DNA from: Camelus dromedarius
Taxonomy: Eukaryota
DNA: 64,000 nt
Reading direction: 5' to 3'
Assembly: GCF_036321535.1 (NCBI RefSeq)
Contig: NC_087436.1
Span: 43,526,001-43,590,000, forward strand
The position numbers were made by a program, and so were the translations under genes. Positions within the stretch are counted from its first letter, which is position 1. Each line of letters begins with the position of its first letter. Shown piece by piece: positions 26,777 to 39,450 of the stretch. The notes under the pieces are model-generated. The model had not been told where the DNA came from. It saw nothing but the letters and a program-made list of their open reading frames with translations, and made no database searches.

Positions 26777-27642
26777 AAGAAATTTTAAGGAAGTAATAGA
26801 ATTCTTCATAGTACTTATAATTTTTCTTAATAAAATAGTTGTCTCTATTAGGTGCCTACTTTGTACCCAATTCTGTAAAGAAAATCACATTTTTGACCCT
26901 GCCATCTATGCTAATGGCTAAGAAAAGGGTGTTTGTACATGTGGGCCAGAGGAGGAAAAAGGAAATTGTATATACATATGCAGAGCAGTAATAATGTACT
27001 TACTAACAAAATGAGAAAAAAAAAGTATGGAGAAATACATAAATAAACATTATAAAAATCATTTTGGATGTCACAAAAAAGTATGTAAATACACATTAAT
27101 CTATGCAATGGGTTTTATTTAAAGGAAACTCCTTTTACTAAAGTCAAATATGTGATATTTAGAATTCAAATGCTACAAAGTAAATCTAATTACTAAGGTC
27201 ACATCTGTATTCTGTCAAGGAAATTTCTTTCTTAACTTTCACAAATATTAAAATATGTAACAGGACATTTAACTAACTACACACCTGGAATTAGTCTTCA
27301 TAATACTTCTTTCACTCAATTTTAAATAAAAATAATGAGCCACAGGAAAGGCTTCCCAACCCCATCAACCTAGGTAGAGTCAGGCTAGAAAGATGCAGAC
27401 AAGGATGAGGACATGCTTTGTCCCTCCTTCCCTCAGCAAGGTCTTTCAAAATGCTGCAAGTACCCCTGCATGGTCATTTCTTTAAATGTCTCTCAGACCA
27501 GAATGAAATATTTGAGTCAACAGTCACCATCAATAGGACAGTGAATCCTTCAAGGGGTTAACCCTTCCCAGAGGAAAAGATCATCTCTTGTTTCCTCCCT
27601 TTTTATCTTCTGGTGTGTCAACTACACACACACACAACTTAC

Positions 27643-27699
27643 CTCCCATGGAGAGAGTGGTCTGAGTAAGTCAGAAGCTTGGCTATCTAGGTCTGTGCT
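27643..27699 (-). other. Candidate 57-nt cassette exon (open frame STDLDSQASDLLRPLSPWE)
   Basis: Pyrimidine tract tctgttttccttcttccatct, weak AAG acceptor, consensus donor GAG|GTAAGT; length is a multiple of 3 and frame 0 is open. Confidence 0.3.
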
Positions 27700-27852
27700 C
27701 TTTAGATGGAAGAAGGAAAACAGATTATGTCATTTGTTTTGTATTATGCCAAAGGCCCTTTCCTCGGGTTATTTTCCAAATTAATTTCCAAATCTAGAAT
27801 CTAGAATGTTTATTTGAAGAAATAGTCAACACTGGTTTCAAACTAGTTGGTT

Positions 27853-28420
27853 TCAGTGGAGAAATCTGACAAACACTAATTCAAGCCAGGCAACCAAGGT
27901 TCACATCAACAGTGACAAGTCATATTGAGAGTAATACCCTTAATATGATGTAATGAGAACAGCACTTTATTCTGTGATCTTCCTCTCAAATACACAGAAC
28001 CCAATCTAATCATGAGAAAACCATCAGACAAATTTCCATGGAAGGGTATCCTACAACACACCTAACCAGAACTCCTCAAGACTATTAAGGTCACCAAAAA
28101 CAAGGAAAGCCTGAAGAAACTGCAGTGAGGAGACTTAGGAGACAGGACAATATGTAATGTGGTCTCCTGGATGGGATCTTAAAATAGAAAAGGAGCATTA
28201 GGTTAAACTAAGGTGATCTCTATGGATTTTAGCCAATAATAATATAACTAATAAATATAATTAATAATAATTTCTTATTACTTATAACAAATACACCACA
28301 CTATTGTAAGATGTTAATAATATGTGAAATACAAGGAGGGTGAGTAATATGGGAATTCTCTGTACTATCTGCTCAATTTTTTTGTAGATGCAAAACTACT
28401 CTAAAAAATAAAGTCTGTTA
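27853..28420 (+). mobile_element. Old L1 (L1MC/MD-like) 3'UTR
   Basis: cagtggagaaatctgacaaacact...ccaatctaatcatgagaaaaccatcagacaaa...gggaattctctgtactatctgctcaattttt. Confidence 0.8.
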
Positions 28421-28665
28421 ATTTTTTAAAAGGTTTGCTTCTCCCTTATGAAATAAGTCAAAAGATAGCCTTACCTTTTAAATTTATAGTTTATAAATTA
28501 ATACTATGACTGGATACTAAATCTCTGTTCTTTTGAGGTACTTGAGAAGAATATATATTTTTTCTCCATTACCCCAAAATAGATACCCCAGTCTCAGAAA
28601 TGAAATCTGGAGGAAACCAGCTCTTATATTATTCTTGGAAATAATAGGAATAAAAGGCTCTCCCA

Positions 28666-28824
28666 ATATATAAAATAGAAACAACAAGGTCTTACTGTAC
28701 AACACAGGGAATATATATTCAATATCTTGTAAAAGCTTATAATGAAAAAAATGCATATGAATTACTACGCTGGACACCAGAAACTGACACAATATTGTAA
28801 ATCAACTGTATTTTTCAATTAAAA
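28666..28824 (+). mobile_element. Short L1 3' end with degenerate TSD
   Basis: L1 terminal sequence plus polyA; flanks aaaaggctctccca and aaaaagctcttcca. Confidence 0.85.
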
Positions 28825-29466
28825 AAAAAGCTCTTCCAGAGACAAGAGGCCTGATGCCTCCTGGAGAGGCTTTCTGCTGCTACCAGCTGAAAGGGTGAGT
28901 GTGGGAATTGCGGTGCAGTGGGATCAGAGATCCCAAACAGATGTCCAACCCATCGATCAAAAAGATGCGCCGTATGGAAGCCGAGCCTCCATCTGTCCTC
29001 TCCCACAAGGAGACAGAACATAGTCAGAGCACGGCAATTTTGAGGGCTAGAAAGACCCTAAGAGGTCATTTGCTCGAATCTCTTCCTTTTCACAGATGAG
29101 AGAATTTTAACGGCCAACTAATTTCTGATAAGTAATCCTCTCAACCCTTTTTGAAACATGAAAAACAAAGAGGCTGATTCTAAGAGGTTAGAGGAAAATC
29201 AGCCTCTTTTCTTTATCGTCATGTATGCAAATAATTTTTGCTTGAGAGATTTTCCATTTGAACTCATCTCCTGGATTTGATTCCCGACAACTCCGTGCTG
29301 CCTACCCTTTACTCCCTCCTCTGGTTCTCAGTCTCAACGAGTTCAAATCAGTCATGCTTTTCAGCTCCCGTGGAACTGTTTTGTGCCTGTGTCTTTACGT
29401 GTCTACCCTAGGGCCACCCACCGGCTTTACTCCCTCTCTCACTCACACACACAATTTTAACTTGGA

Positions 29467-29494
29467 TTTTTCTTTCTCTTTCTCTTTCTCTTTC

Positions 29495-29554
<60 letters not shown>

Positions 29555-29684
29555 TCCTTCTTTCTTTCTTTCCTTCTTTCTTTCTTTCCTTCTTTCTTTC
29601 TTTCCTTCTTTCTTTCTTTCCTTCCTTCTTTCTTTCTTTCCTTCTTTCTTTCTCTCTTTCCTTCTTTCTTTCTCTCTTTCTTTT
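29467..29684. repeat. Compound (TTTC)n/(TTCC)n/(TTTCTC)n microsatellite, 218-bp pure pyrimidine tract
   Basis: Read directly; only C and T on the + strand. Confidence 0.98.
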
Positions 29685-31155
29685 GTAAATAATGTACATA
29701 CTGTCAATTTTTTATTAAAAGAAATATGCTTTGATGTGCTAGCAAAAAAGGGGGGTGCAAATGCAAACAGTAGCAAGCACACAGTCACAAATGGAGGCTC
29801 TGGGCAAAGAAAGAGAGGATTGGTAGACGATGTCAATGAACTTGAGACTCATGGGAAAACCCAGGAGAGGGGAGAAAGTTCTGTCATGGGGAACCAGAAG
29901 CCATGGCCATACAGCTTTTTGGAGGCAGATATGGTTTTTGTTTTGCTTAAGTGAACACCTGAATTCCCATTGCCAGACCTCTAAAGAACTGGCCACTTTC
30001 TCAGTGACCAGTTAACAGAAAAGCTCAGGGAGAGGGGACTCTAGCCTTGGCTGTAAGAAAAAGAAGACTTGTCAGATCACTAGCTGGAAGAGAACCAGCA
30101 GGAGAGTGCACTGGAGAAAGGAAATTGAAAAAGGGAAATCGTGACTGAGGAACGATCTTCGCCTGTAATACAAGAGGCTGCCCTTTAACTGGCATGTCTG
30201 TGTACCCTTAACGTGCTGAGCATCCTCCTACTTGGAGTGAAGTGGTTTGTTCTCTCAAGGAGAGATTGACTACAGAGTCAGTGATGACCCATAGGAAGAA
30301 GCTGTCCTTACAGCAGGGAAGTGGCCATGGCCATGATTTCAAGGTTGAAAACAGAGAGAAGCCCCTAATAAGGTCTCAGGTTGGTGACAACATAAGTGAC
30401 AATGGACAAAGCCACCACTGTGAGTCCAGCATTTATAGTGTTCATCCAAACCAGCCCCAGAGAAGCGATAAAAACCTTGGCCAAAAGCTCTTTAACCCCT
30501 TTCTCAGCATCTGATATGCCCTAAATGAGAACTCGAGGGCTGTCTTTCTTTACCTTGAGAAAAGGGTTACCAGCACCCAGATGTTCGTTTATTCTTTCTG
30601 CAAGGATAGAGCAGTCTCAATAAACTGAGAAGTTTTATGCTATGTCCCTCAATTTTTTTCTCCCTCTCTTTATTTTGTTCTGGTGAAAAAGATCTGAACT
30701 TTCTTAACAATGCACAGATTTATCTCTCAGAATTGTTACTTTCTTAGACAAAGCAAAGGGTTTGGCAACAAACGGAATGCAGGAGAAATTCATGTTTGTT
30801 GCACTTGAAAATATGACCCTGGTAAATAAATGGCTCTGTTCTAAACAGAACTTTTTCAATCCATAATCTATATCACACATGGCAAAAGAAGTAACTTCTG
30901 AAAGTAGTTCCTCCCCCTGTGGCTGGGAAACAACATACAAACAGCTTAAGCTCTCAAAATCACCAAGAGACAAAAATTAAGTCAGTGCTTTACTCCAAGT
31001 CCTGCAATCCTGCTGACCCTTCAGAGCACCCTAAAGTGGGTTCCTTTCTCTCCATTAGAGTTTGGGCATAGTGGCCTGGAACTGAAGCAGTGGGGTGACA
31101 AGAGACTGAGAACAAGCACTTCCATTGTGTGGCTTGCTGAGACAAAATGAGGGTT

Positions 31156-31389
31156 TGACTCACAAATACAACACAATTAGGGGCAGCGCAGAGGCCATGG
31201 TGCGCCAACTTTGAAACACAGACGGTTTGAATGCTTTCACTTTGACACACACCCCCAGAGTCGAATAGTTCTCTAGCTTGTTCCTGAAATTACTGCCAAC
31301 CAAGAAAACTATTTTTAAACTGCTTTTGTTCACATTTTGCTTTTGGAATTCATGAATACTTAAGAAGTTAGACTTGACTGGACATGTCG
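31156..31389. promoter_or_regulatory. Candidate enhancer with AP-1 site and p53-family response element
   Basis: TGACTCA at 31156-31162; AGACTTGACT-GGACATGTCG at 31370-31389 (two RRRCWWGYYY half-sites, zero spacer, one mismatch each). Confidence 0.4.
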
Positions 31390-34300
31390 CCTGGTTTGTT
31401 GTTGTTGTTGGCATTTTTTTAAACATCAGTCTTGCATGACTCTTTAGTTTGGGGACACATGGAAGGGCGTTAGGCAGAATTTCAAAGTAACTGAACTATG
31501 AAACGCAGTTGCTTATGACTTACAAGTGTTCCTTTGGGTTCTTATGGTGATTGTATCACTTGTCTGAAAAACAGACAAGTGCCAGCATCTCCAAGCTCTG
31601 GAACTATATGAGCATAAAAGTAAACCTGTGACCTCAGTGGAGCATTTAAAAAATCTATTTAATTCCCCCAAAGAATAGACAATGATGACTTTCTGCCACT
31701 CTGGGGAGAAGTTGATGGCATTCTTCACCGAAAAGGTCATCAAATTGGTGCAGAAAGTGATCCTGGATCTTTACTAATGAATAAAAATTCCTTTTGCAAA
31801 CCCTGTTTTGAATGATTTTTTTTCTTTTAAATTGAAAATAGGCATACCCACTCAGGTCTGTGAAAGGGAAGATTCACTGGCTTTATGGTGAGTGTATCAA
31901 GTTCTCCCTAAGTACTATATTGATGTCATCCACTGTGGCATTAGGCTAATTATGCTTTAGGCCTGTTTTTAGTGCCATCTGTATTTTCACTCAGACAAAT
32001 GGAATACAATCACAACGGTACTAAGTGGTTTAATGCATATCACAATAAAAATTTCCATTAGGAAAATGTGTTTAAGAGTACTCAGGATAAATAAATTACC
32101 CTTAGGTCACTTACCAGGATGTTGATGCTTCATTTCTAAGCGTCTCCCTCAGAAGTGGCCTTACAAAGCTACTGCATGAAATGTGTCTAATGCACCAGCA
32201 TCCTGATGTCACGAGAGGTATAATTTGTACATTAACCCTGCCTGGCATTTAGAGAATTGCTAGAAATTTTATCACTTGTTGGTCATGAAGATTGAGGAAA
32301 AAAAGAAATATTATATCTCAGACTTGGCATCCAGCCCATGCAGCCTCACCATATCCATGAGCCCTGCTGTTCTAAAGCATGTTTCATTGATGTGACTCAG
32401 AGATACCACAGCAAAATCATGAGTATAACAAATTCCCCTCTTGTTTTCACTCCTGTGAAGTCATGCTGGAACAGGCAGGGGGTCGTGGAAAGACTGGGGC
32501 AGCAACTAAATCCAAGAGAACATCATGCTTCCAACGAGGAATGACATGGTGCTTTGAGTATTTGTATTGTAGCGTCTTTTCTACATTTACCTTGCAGGCA
32601 CTAGTGGAACATTCCATAGCACACCCAGAGAAAACAAGTAGCCCCCAAACTTTTATCTCAGTCAATAATATCAGTCTCCTTAAAAAGAAAAGCCTAGAAG
32701 ATGCCATCTTATACAAATGCATGGAGTCCACCTTCCCCACAGAATTTCTCAAAGACAGAGCCAGTGTCGTATTCACTTCTACAGTGCTGGGGTCTGGTAC
32801 ACACCTGGCACACGGAAGGTGCTCAAGAAATGAAAGAATTAGTTTTTAAAAAACATGCTTACAAGTAGTCAATGAGGACATCTTCAATTGGGACTTCACG
32901 GGATTTAGAGACGAGGAATCAACATAACATGGTGGAAACTGCACAAGCTTTGGGGTCACACAGGCTTATGTTTGTATCCTGATTTTACCATTTCCTGTTT
33001 GTGTGATGTTAAATATATAACTCAACCTCTGTAGAGACTTTGTCCATCTCTAAGAAAAAAGAAGAATCTTGCAAGACTATTATAGAACAGAGAATACATG
33101 TAAAATGTAGAATTTGATAAATAGTATCAAAATGGTAAATTTAATACATTTTATCATTTCCTAAGGTTATTTATAGCAAATTAAGATTTGACGTAATTAT
33201 TATTCATTTTAACATTTAATATTAATATTATTATAATAATAATATTTCATGCTTATAGGTATAAAGTACTTTTCTAACCATCTTATAATGCTTATCATGT
33301 TAACCCAATCAACAATGTAGTATAATTTCCATTTTATATCTGAGAAAATTGAAGTTCATAATTCTAGGTATATTCACAATATTGAGTCAGACTATCAGAA
33401 TGGACTCTTAAAAAACCATAAAAACAATTTACTGAAAAACCCTTAAAGATTTATCCAAAATGCAGTTGAAATGACTATTTTTTGAATATATTATCTGTTT
33501 AATGAATAATTTGTTTAAAATATACATATATAAATAAGATACTTGAAGAGCATGTAAATGCATGAAGATTATCCTTTTCTCACCTTAAAATGCCACTGAC
33601 ATGGCACATTAAGTGGCCAAATATGTGAAGTCAAACTGGTTTTTCAAAAATTGTTACTAAGCTCAAAATGATTCAAGCCCCATATCTTATGACTCCAGGA
33701 ATCAAAGGGATATTTTTTTAAAGGGAATAAAAAAAAGTAATAATGCTTTCAAGTTTAACCTCAGTACCCTCTTAGCAAACACATCAGTCACAACCTCAAC
33801 TCTGAATCCTTTCTGCTCAGCTCATGTGAATATGGAACACTACTGTTTCTTAAGAACAGCACACCCAAGGGCCGGGACTTCTAACTGGGACAATGTCAGC
33901 ATTCATAGCAAAGCCATATCTTTGTCAAGCACTTTACAGTCACAAAGAGCTTTCAAGTACTTGACTGCAAAATTCTTCAAAATTCTACATCAGGTAGTTG
34001 TTGTGATCCTGAGGAATTATAAAGCTATTATTTGTTGAATTTCTACTGTGAGCAAACATTATATACACACAAGCACACACATACTTCATTCTCATCCTTC
34101 CAACAGCCCTATAAAATAAATACTATTACCCCTAGCTTTCCAGTGGAGCAGCTGAGGCTGCTTGCCCAAGGGACTTGCTCAAGATTAATAAAGATAATCT
34201 GATTTTAAGGGCTAAATTTTCCTGTTATGCCAGAGCTATTTCTCTTTTCTAAGCATATCATGCCAATAAAATCTTTGTGCAAATAACATTTGTCTGAGGG

Positions 34301-34973
34301 CTTCTTCCATTTGTACCCCTTCCTTCCACCCAAAATCCAGAAGGTTCACTAACCCGGAGATCTTGTCTAGAATGCCCGCATCCCAGTTGAGTCTGCCCTC
34401 CCAGAAGCTCCATACCACATTTTCCCCACCCAAACTCCCATCCTCCCACTGCCGTCGTCAGAACTTACTACCCATTGCTAGGCTTTTATGTCTCTAAAAT
34501 ACAGATTACCTTTGTAGCACAAATGCATGCTAATGCATTTTATTCCTCTGGAACAGTATATTCATTCGTTCATTTAATAAATATTTATTGAGAACTTATC
34601 ATGTAATACTTCCAAAAAACTAATGCTTTAATTCTAAGAACCAATGAAGCTATATTTATTGTCAGACAAGTGTTTGGATGGCACTCAAATTTCTCTGTGT
34701 ATAACAGTAGATAATATTCACCAAGTATTTACTGTGTTTTAATGCTATACATGTATTACCTCATTTAAAACAGACAATGACCTTATAAAATAGGTACTAA
34801 CAATATTATTCCCATTTTCTAGATGAGGAAATTGAAGCATAGTGGTGAGATATTTTGACAAAAATTATTTGGCTAACAAATAGCAGAATCATGTTTGAAC
34901 TAAGTTCTGTCTTGAGAGCTGCTACTCATAATAAGCTATACTTGCTCTAGGGTGTTTTGTTTGTTTTTATAAT

Positions 34974-35103
34974 TAGGGCATGCATACATTCTAATTTGCC
35001 TGGGATAATTCTAAGAGGAGCCTATTTTCTTAGAATATTTAGTAGTACCCCCTTTCACTCTCAAAAGTGACCTTCTTTGAAGAATAAATTATACTGTCAC
35101 CCA
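34974..35103. mobile_element. MER94-like hAT element
   Basis: tagggca...tttgcctgggata...cccctttcactctcaaaagtg...ataaattatactgtcaccc. Confidence 0.7.
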
Positions 35104-36909
35104 ATTTCCAATCAATGGCTGGAAGAGAAAAGAGCACAGGAATTCTATATAGCATAGTAACTGGGATAGAAAGGGAGTACAGAGAAAAAGGGAAAACAAA
35201 AAACTACAAGTCAATAGACCTTGATTCAAGACCAGGTTTTACAACTAGTTAATTATGTGGCATCAGCCAAGATGCATAATCTGAGTCTGAATTAATATCC
35301 TCTATAAAATAATGTTTAAAAAAACCAACTCCTAGGGCTGTGATGAAAAGCACATAAGATTACACAGGAAAAAAATTACATAGGATAAGTACCTGGAACA
35401 TGACAATGTCTCTGAAAAATAGATGTTAAGTCACTCTTTGGAACAGTTTCTCTTATATTCTACATGATTTTTCTGCTGCAAAGTGAAGATGAGTTCTTGA
35501 GGGATTAAACAGCCTTTGGATAGGCACCTAACATTCAGAGCCAACAGAACTTTATACCATTAAGTCTTGCTATAATTTGTGGTCTTCAGGGTGATAGCAC
35601 TGGGAATTATTATGTAAGTAAATCCATTCCATGAAGGCCACACAATATTCGGACAGCCCAAGTATCAGCTCATTGAGGGTGGTCTTACCATGTAGGTTGA
35701 AGTAGCAAAACCACACCATGGTTGTGGATACTCATTTTTATTCTAGACTCTGGGACTTCAAAGACTCAGGAGCCAAATTTCAAGACATCTTGAGGGAACA
35801 GGAAATCCCTGAACAGCAAGGTAAAATGAAACTCTTTCCCTTTCTCCCACTTGAAAGAACTGAACTATTTGGCAAGAAATACTGTTTGTAAAGGAAGAAA
35901 AAGAGGTAGAAAAGAATGGAGGGGGTCTAAATGTATTATAAACCATGAATTATCATTAGTTTAACATTTTCTAAGCCTATTTAATTGTTTATTTCATCTT
36001 TTAAGTAGTCTCTTCGTAACATGGCTTAGCTTGATAGTCATGACACACAGTGCTAAGGAATTATGTGTTTTCACCTATAAAAGAAGAAATAAATTTAAAA
36101 CTGCACTCAACTAAGAAAACATCCCAGTCCCACAGACCTCTGGAACACTGACTCCTTGAAGAATGTGGATTTATCCAGCACTGGCTATCATATTGTGGGG
36201 TGATTATGTTTCTTTAAACTTAAATAATTCATGCCAATAACATAACTCATGCAACTCCCTATGGATTTAGTAATTCCCTAACAGCTGGGATGTGAAATAA
36301 AGACCATAAATACAGTTCTTTTCAAGGACAAATTAAAACATAAACCTATTGTATCATAACATGCTTTACTAATAAAGAAAGTATCATGGTGTACTTTAAC
36401 TTCTCAGATAAACTTTGTAAAGTATAAAAAATTGGCCATTTTTTAAAAGGAAAAAAAAAAAAGAAAAACATTAGGAACCCATCCCAAAAAAATGGGGAAA
36501 AAAGAAAGTGCTTTAAAAATATGATACTCCAAATCTGAAGAGGGATATCTAAAATACAGTTAACATGAGTGTTTATTCTGTTCTACTCAGGGTAGCTCTG
36601 CAGAACTGTGGGCTCTACTGTCCCTAGAAGGATCACTGGAGGCCACATACAGCACACATCTCTAAACGTGTCTAACAGTCTGTATGTAGTGCTGTATTAC
36701 AAAAGCAACATCATACACCAGTCTCCCCAAAGGGAAAAGAGGCCAATGCCTCCCATAAAGAGAGCAGACCTAGTGTTCTAGTGAATTTAAAGTTTATCTT
36801 TTTGAATGAGTACTTCAAGAGAAATAGCACTTATAGAATTCAAGAACTGTAATTGAAATCATTTCTATTTGACAAGCTTAAAATATTAGAAAATATTTTT
36901 ATTCTATGA

Positions 36910-37003
36910 AAACCTTCAAAATTGAGATTTTTAAGAAGAGAAACATGTCATTTACAAATCTTCACAAACTGAGATTTTTAAGGAGAAGAGAAACATGTCA
37001 TTA
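36910..37003. repeat. Local tandem duplication, unit about 47 bp
   Basis: tgagatttttaa(gga)gaagagaaacatgtcatt at 36923-36952 and 36970-37002, each preceded by a similar aaa(c/t)cttca segment. Confidence 0.85.
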
Positions 37004-38759
37004 GAAGTTGCAGTTCACAGTTTTGTAACACCACTTGATGTAAGTTAGTTGGTAAATTTTCATCAAAGAGACCAAACATAATGTGGGTTTTAACCAGAGT
37101 CAATAAGGTTCAGGGTACTGGGGTCAGCATTCTGAATCATCCTCTTCTTTGTTGGGCTATCCTGACATGATACATGTTGGTACCACAACAACGACAGCTG
37201 ACCACTGCTTTTCCTGTTTGAAAAGACTTTGCCATTCAACTTGGACCAAAAACATTTGTCATGTTGTAGGCAGTGGATTAACTATAATCAGACCAAGCCA
37301 GTGGTAGTGCCAGTGCCAGGTTGAAAGAATCTGGTGGAACAAAGGCTGGATTTATCTCTTTGAGCATTGTTAGTTTGTTTCTTTTTTGGGGGGTGGATGG
37401 GTAAGAGGTTAGAAAACAGGATTCCCTTTCTGTAAAGTCAAAAGAAAATATCAACATTAAAGTAATTTAGAACTGTTTATCCTGCTAAAAATTTTCCCCC
37501 AAAATATGTTTTTATACTGAGTATTTATTTTAGTTATATTTTAAAACACAAACATTTGTTTATTTTCAGAATGCAAAAAAAACTTCCTTCTGTATTTTTG
37601 TTTGAAAAAAGTTTTATTAATTATCCAAAATATGTGAACCACTCTAACTTTCTGGAAATCATTTTTCATCACCTCTAGTGATTAAATGAATATCTTGGGG
37701 CCATTTTAGCTTTAGAATATGATGAGAGTAATTTTTATTAACCATTGCCACCAACTGATTTTTTTTAACTTGTAAGCTGTTATCAAAGAGAGAATAAAAT
37801 TACTGTCAGTATAATATGTATAAATAGCAAATAAAATCTACAGCTAAGAAAAAAACTAACTTGAAAAAAGTAACAAGGAAAAGACTACTTAATTTTTGTT
37901 AAAATATAGATTTTAGTTAATAGGCCTTATATTGCAACTATCATTTCTGAGAAAAATTGTTTGAAAACTCTGAAGGCTTTTCTTGACACACTCAAATGGT
38001 TTAAAATAAAGTATCATGAAATAGTAAAATGTGTACTGTATTTAGCAAAGTTTGGCCAAATACTAGTCAATGTAAGAAATTTAACAAATATTTATGAAGC
38101 ATATACTATGTGCCACAAATTGTTGAAAATACTGGGGAATACAAACAAAGTCTCTATCCTCAAGGAGCCTACATTTTAGTGGAAAAGATAAATAAATAAA
38201 TTTATATTCAGTATTTTAGGATAAGAACAATAAGCTATTACTTTTTTCATGCATACAAAGGGAAAAAAGATCCATCACTTTAGACTGTTAATTCATGGAA
38301 ACCTCTATGAAAACTCACAGTTCATGCTAACGCTGAGGAAGATTTTCCACTCATACATATAAATACACGAGTAAATACAAAGATTTCAAAAAGTAAATAT
38401 TTTTAAAACAGGACGAATACAGAACACATACATCTTTTACTCATATATTCAAAAATAATTTTTGAGTGCTTACCATACAACTTTGGCAGGTAAATATGTT
38501 AGTGGCTAAAAAGATATGGAAATGCAGTCCCTGACCTCAGCCAAGAAAATAAAATATACATGGAGGTAATTATAATGTAATACAATTAGGTACCATGGAA
38601 GAGACATAAATCAGTGAGAAGTCAAACAGGAAATAAATTATTTCAAGTAGGAGGAATTCAGGGCAGCCTCTTGAAATTTTTCTACCATTTGAATAGGATC
38701 TTGAAGGATGTATTAAATATTAACTGAAAAAAAAAGGGAAAAGGTACTACAGGGTTTTT

Positions 38760-39450
38760 GTGGGATGGCCATATCTGGGTCATCTCAGGTACTCTTTCTA
38801 TTGACTGTGTCTATTTCTTGACATAGGTTTTATTCAACTTCTCCACATGACTAGCAATATTTTTAATGTCTGGTGAACACCATGGGTGATATATTGTAGG
38901 AAGTCTGGATTATGACATCTTCCTGTAAAGTGTGTCAAGCTTTTTTTTTTTCTTGGAAAGCAGTTAAGTGATTCACAGATACTTTTGGTCCCATCAAGAT
39001 CAGTTTTGCATTCTTTGTTAGGGCAAATCTGTTCATTTTGACCTTAGATTTAAGGCATAGTCCTCATCCCTTCTCCACACACTCAATGAAATGTAGTCTT
39101 TTGAAGAGGTCAATTGAACACTTAAGGTGTCTCATGTAGTGTCTCCATTCTTGTTGGGCCAGAACTTGAAACACCTCCCAGCACAGCACAAGCTCTATCA
39201 TGTGCACCTCTCAGCCCTGCAGCAGGCACTTTCTGCTAGGCCCCATGGAGTCTTGGGTACACATGCAGGGCTGCCTTTGGCTGAGGATGCACAGTGAGTC
39301 TCTAAGAAGACTTCTGTGACTCTCCTCCTCTTCTCCAGAACCCTAAAACGTCCAGCTGCTTCTTCAGGCCCAATCTCTGATCTCTGCCTCCTAAGCCCAG
39401 TAAGACTGTGTTCCATTTGGGCTCCATCTCCATGTGTCATGGCAGGAAAG
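38760..39450 (-). mobile_element. Old L1 5'-region fragment, antisense
   Basis: atctgggtcatctcaggtactctttctattgactg...gaagtctggattatgacatcttcctgtaaag resembles the antisense L1M 5'/ORF1 region. Confidence 0.55.

Noticed and set aside
28466..28482. Another minus-strand AG|GTAAG
   Set aside because: No polypyrimidine tract precedes the AG, so it is not a recursive site
29258..29836. Longest ORFs (144 aa F/L/S-rich; 142 and 80 aa K/E/R-rich)
   Set aside because: They are translations of the (TTTC)n microsatellite
32463..32849. 128-aa ORF and overlapping 109-aa antisense ORF
   Set aside because: No recognisable domain or splice context, and the 3' part runs into an L2-like relic
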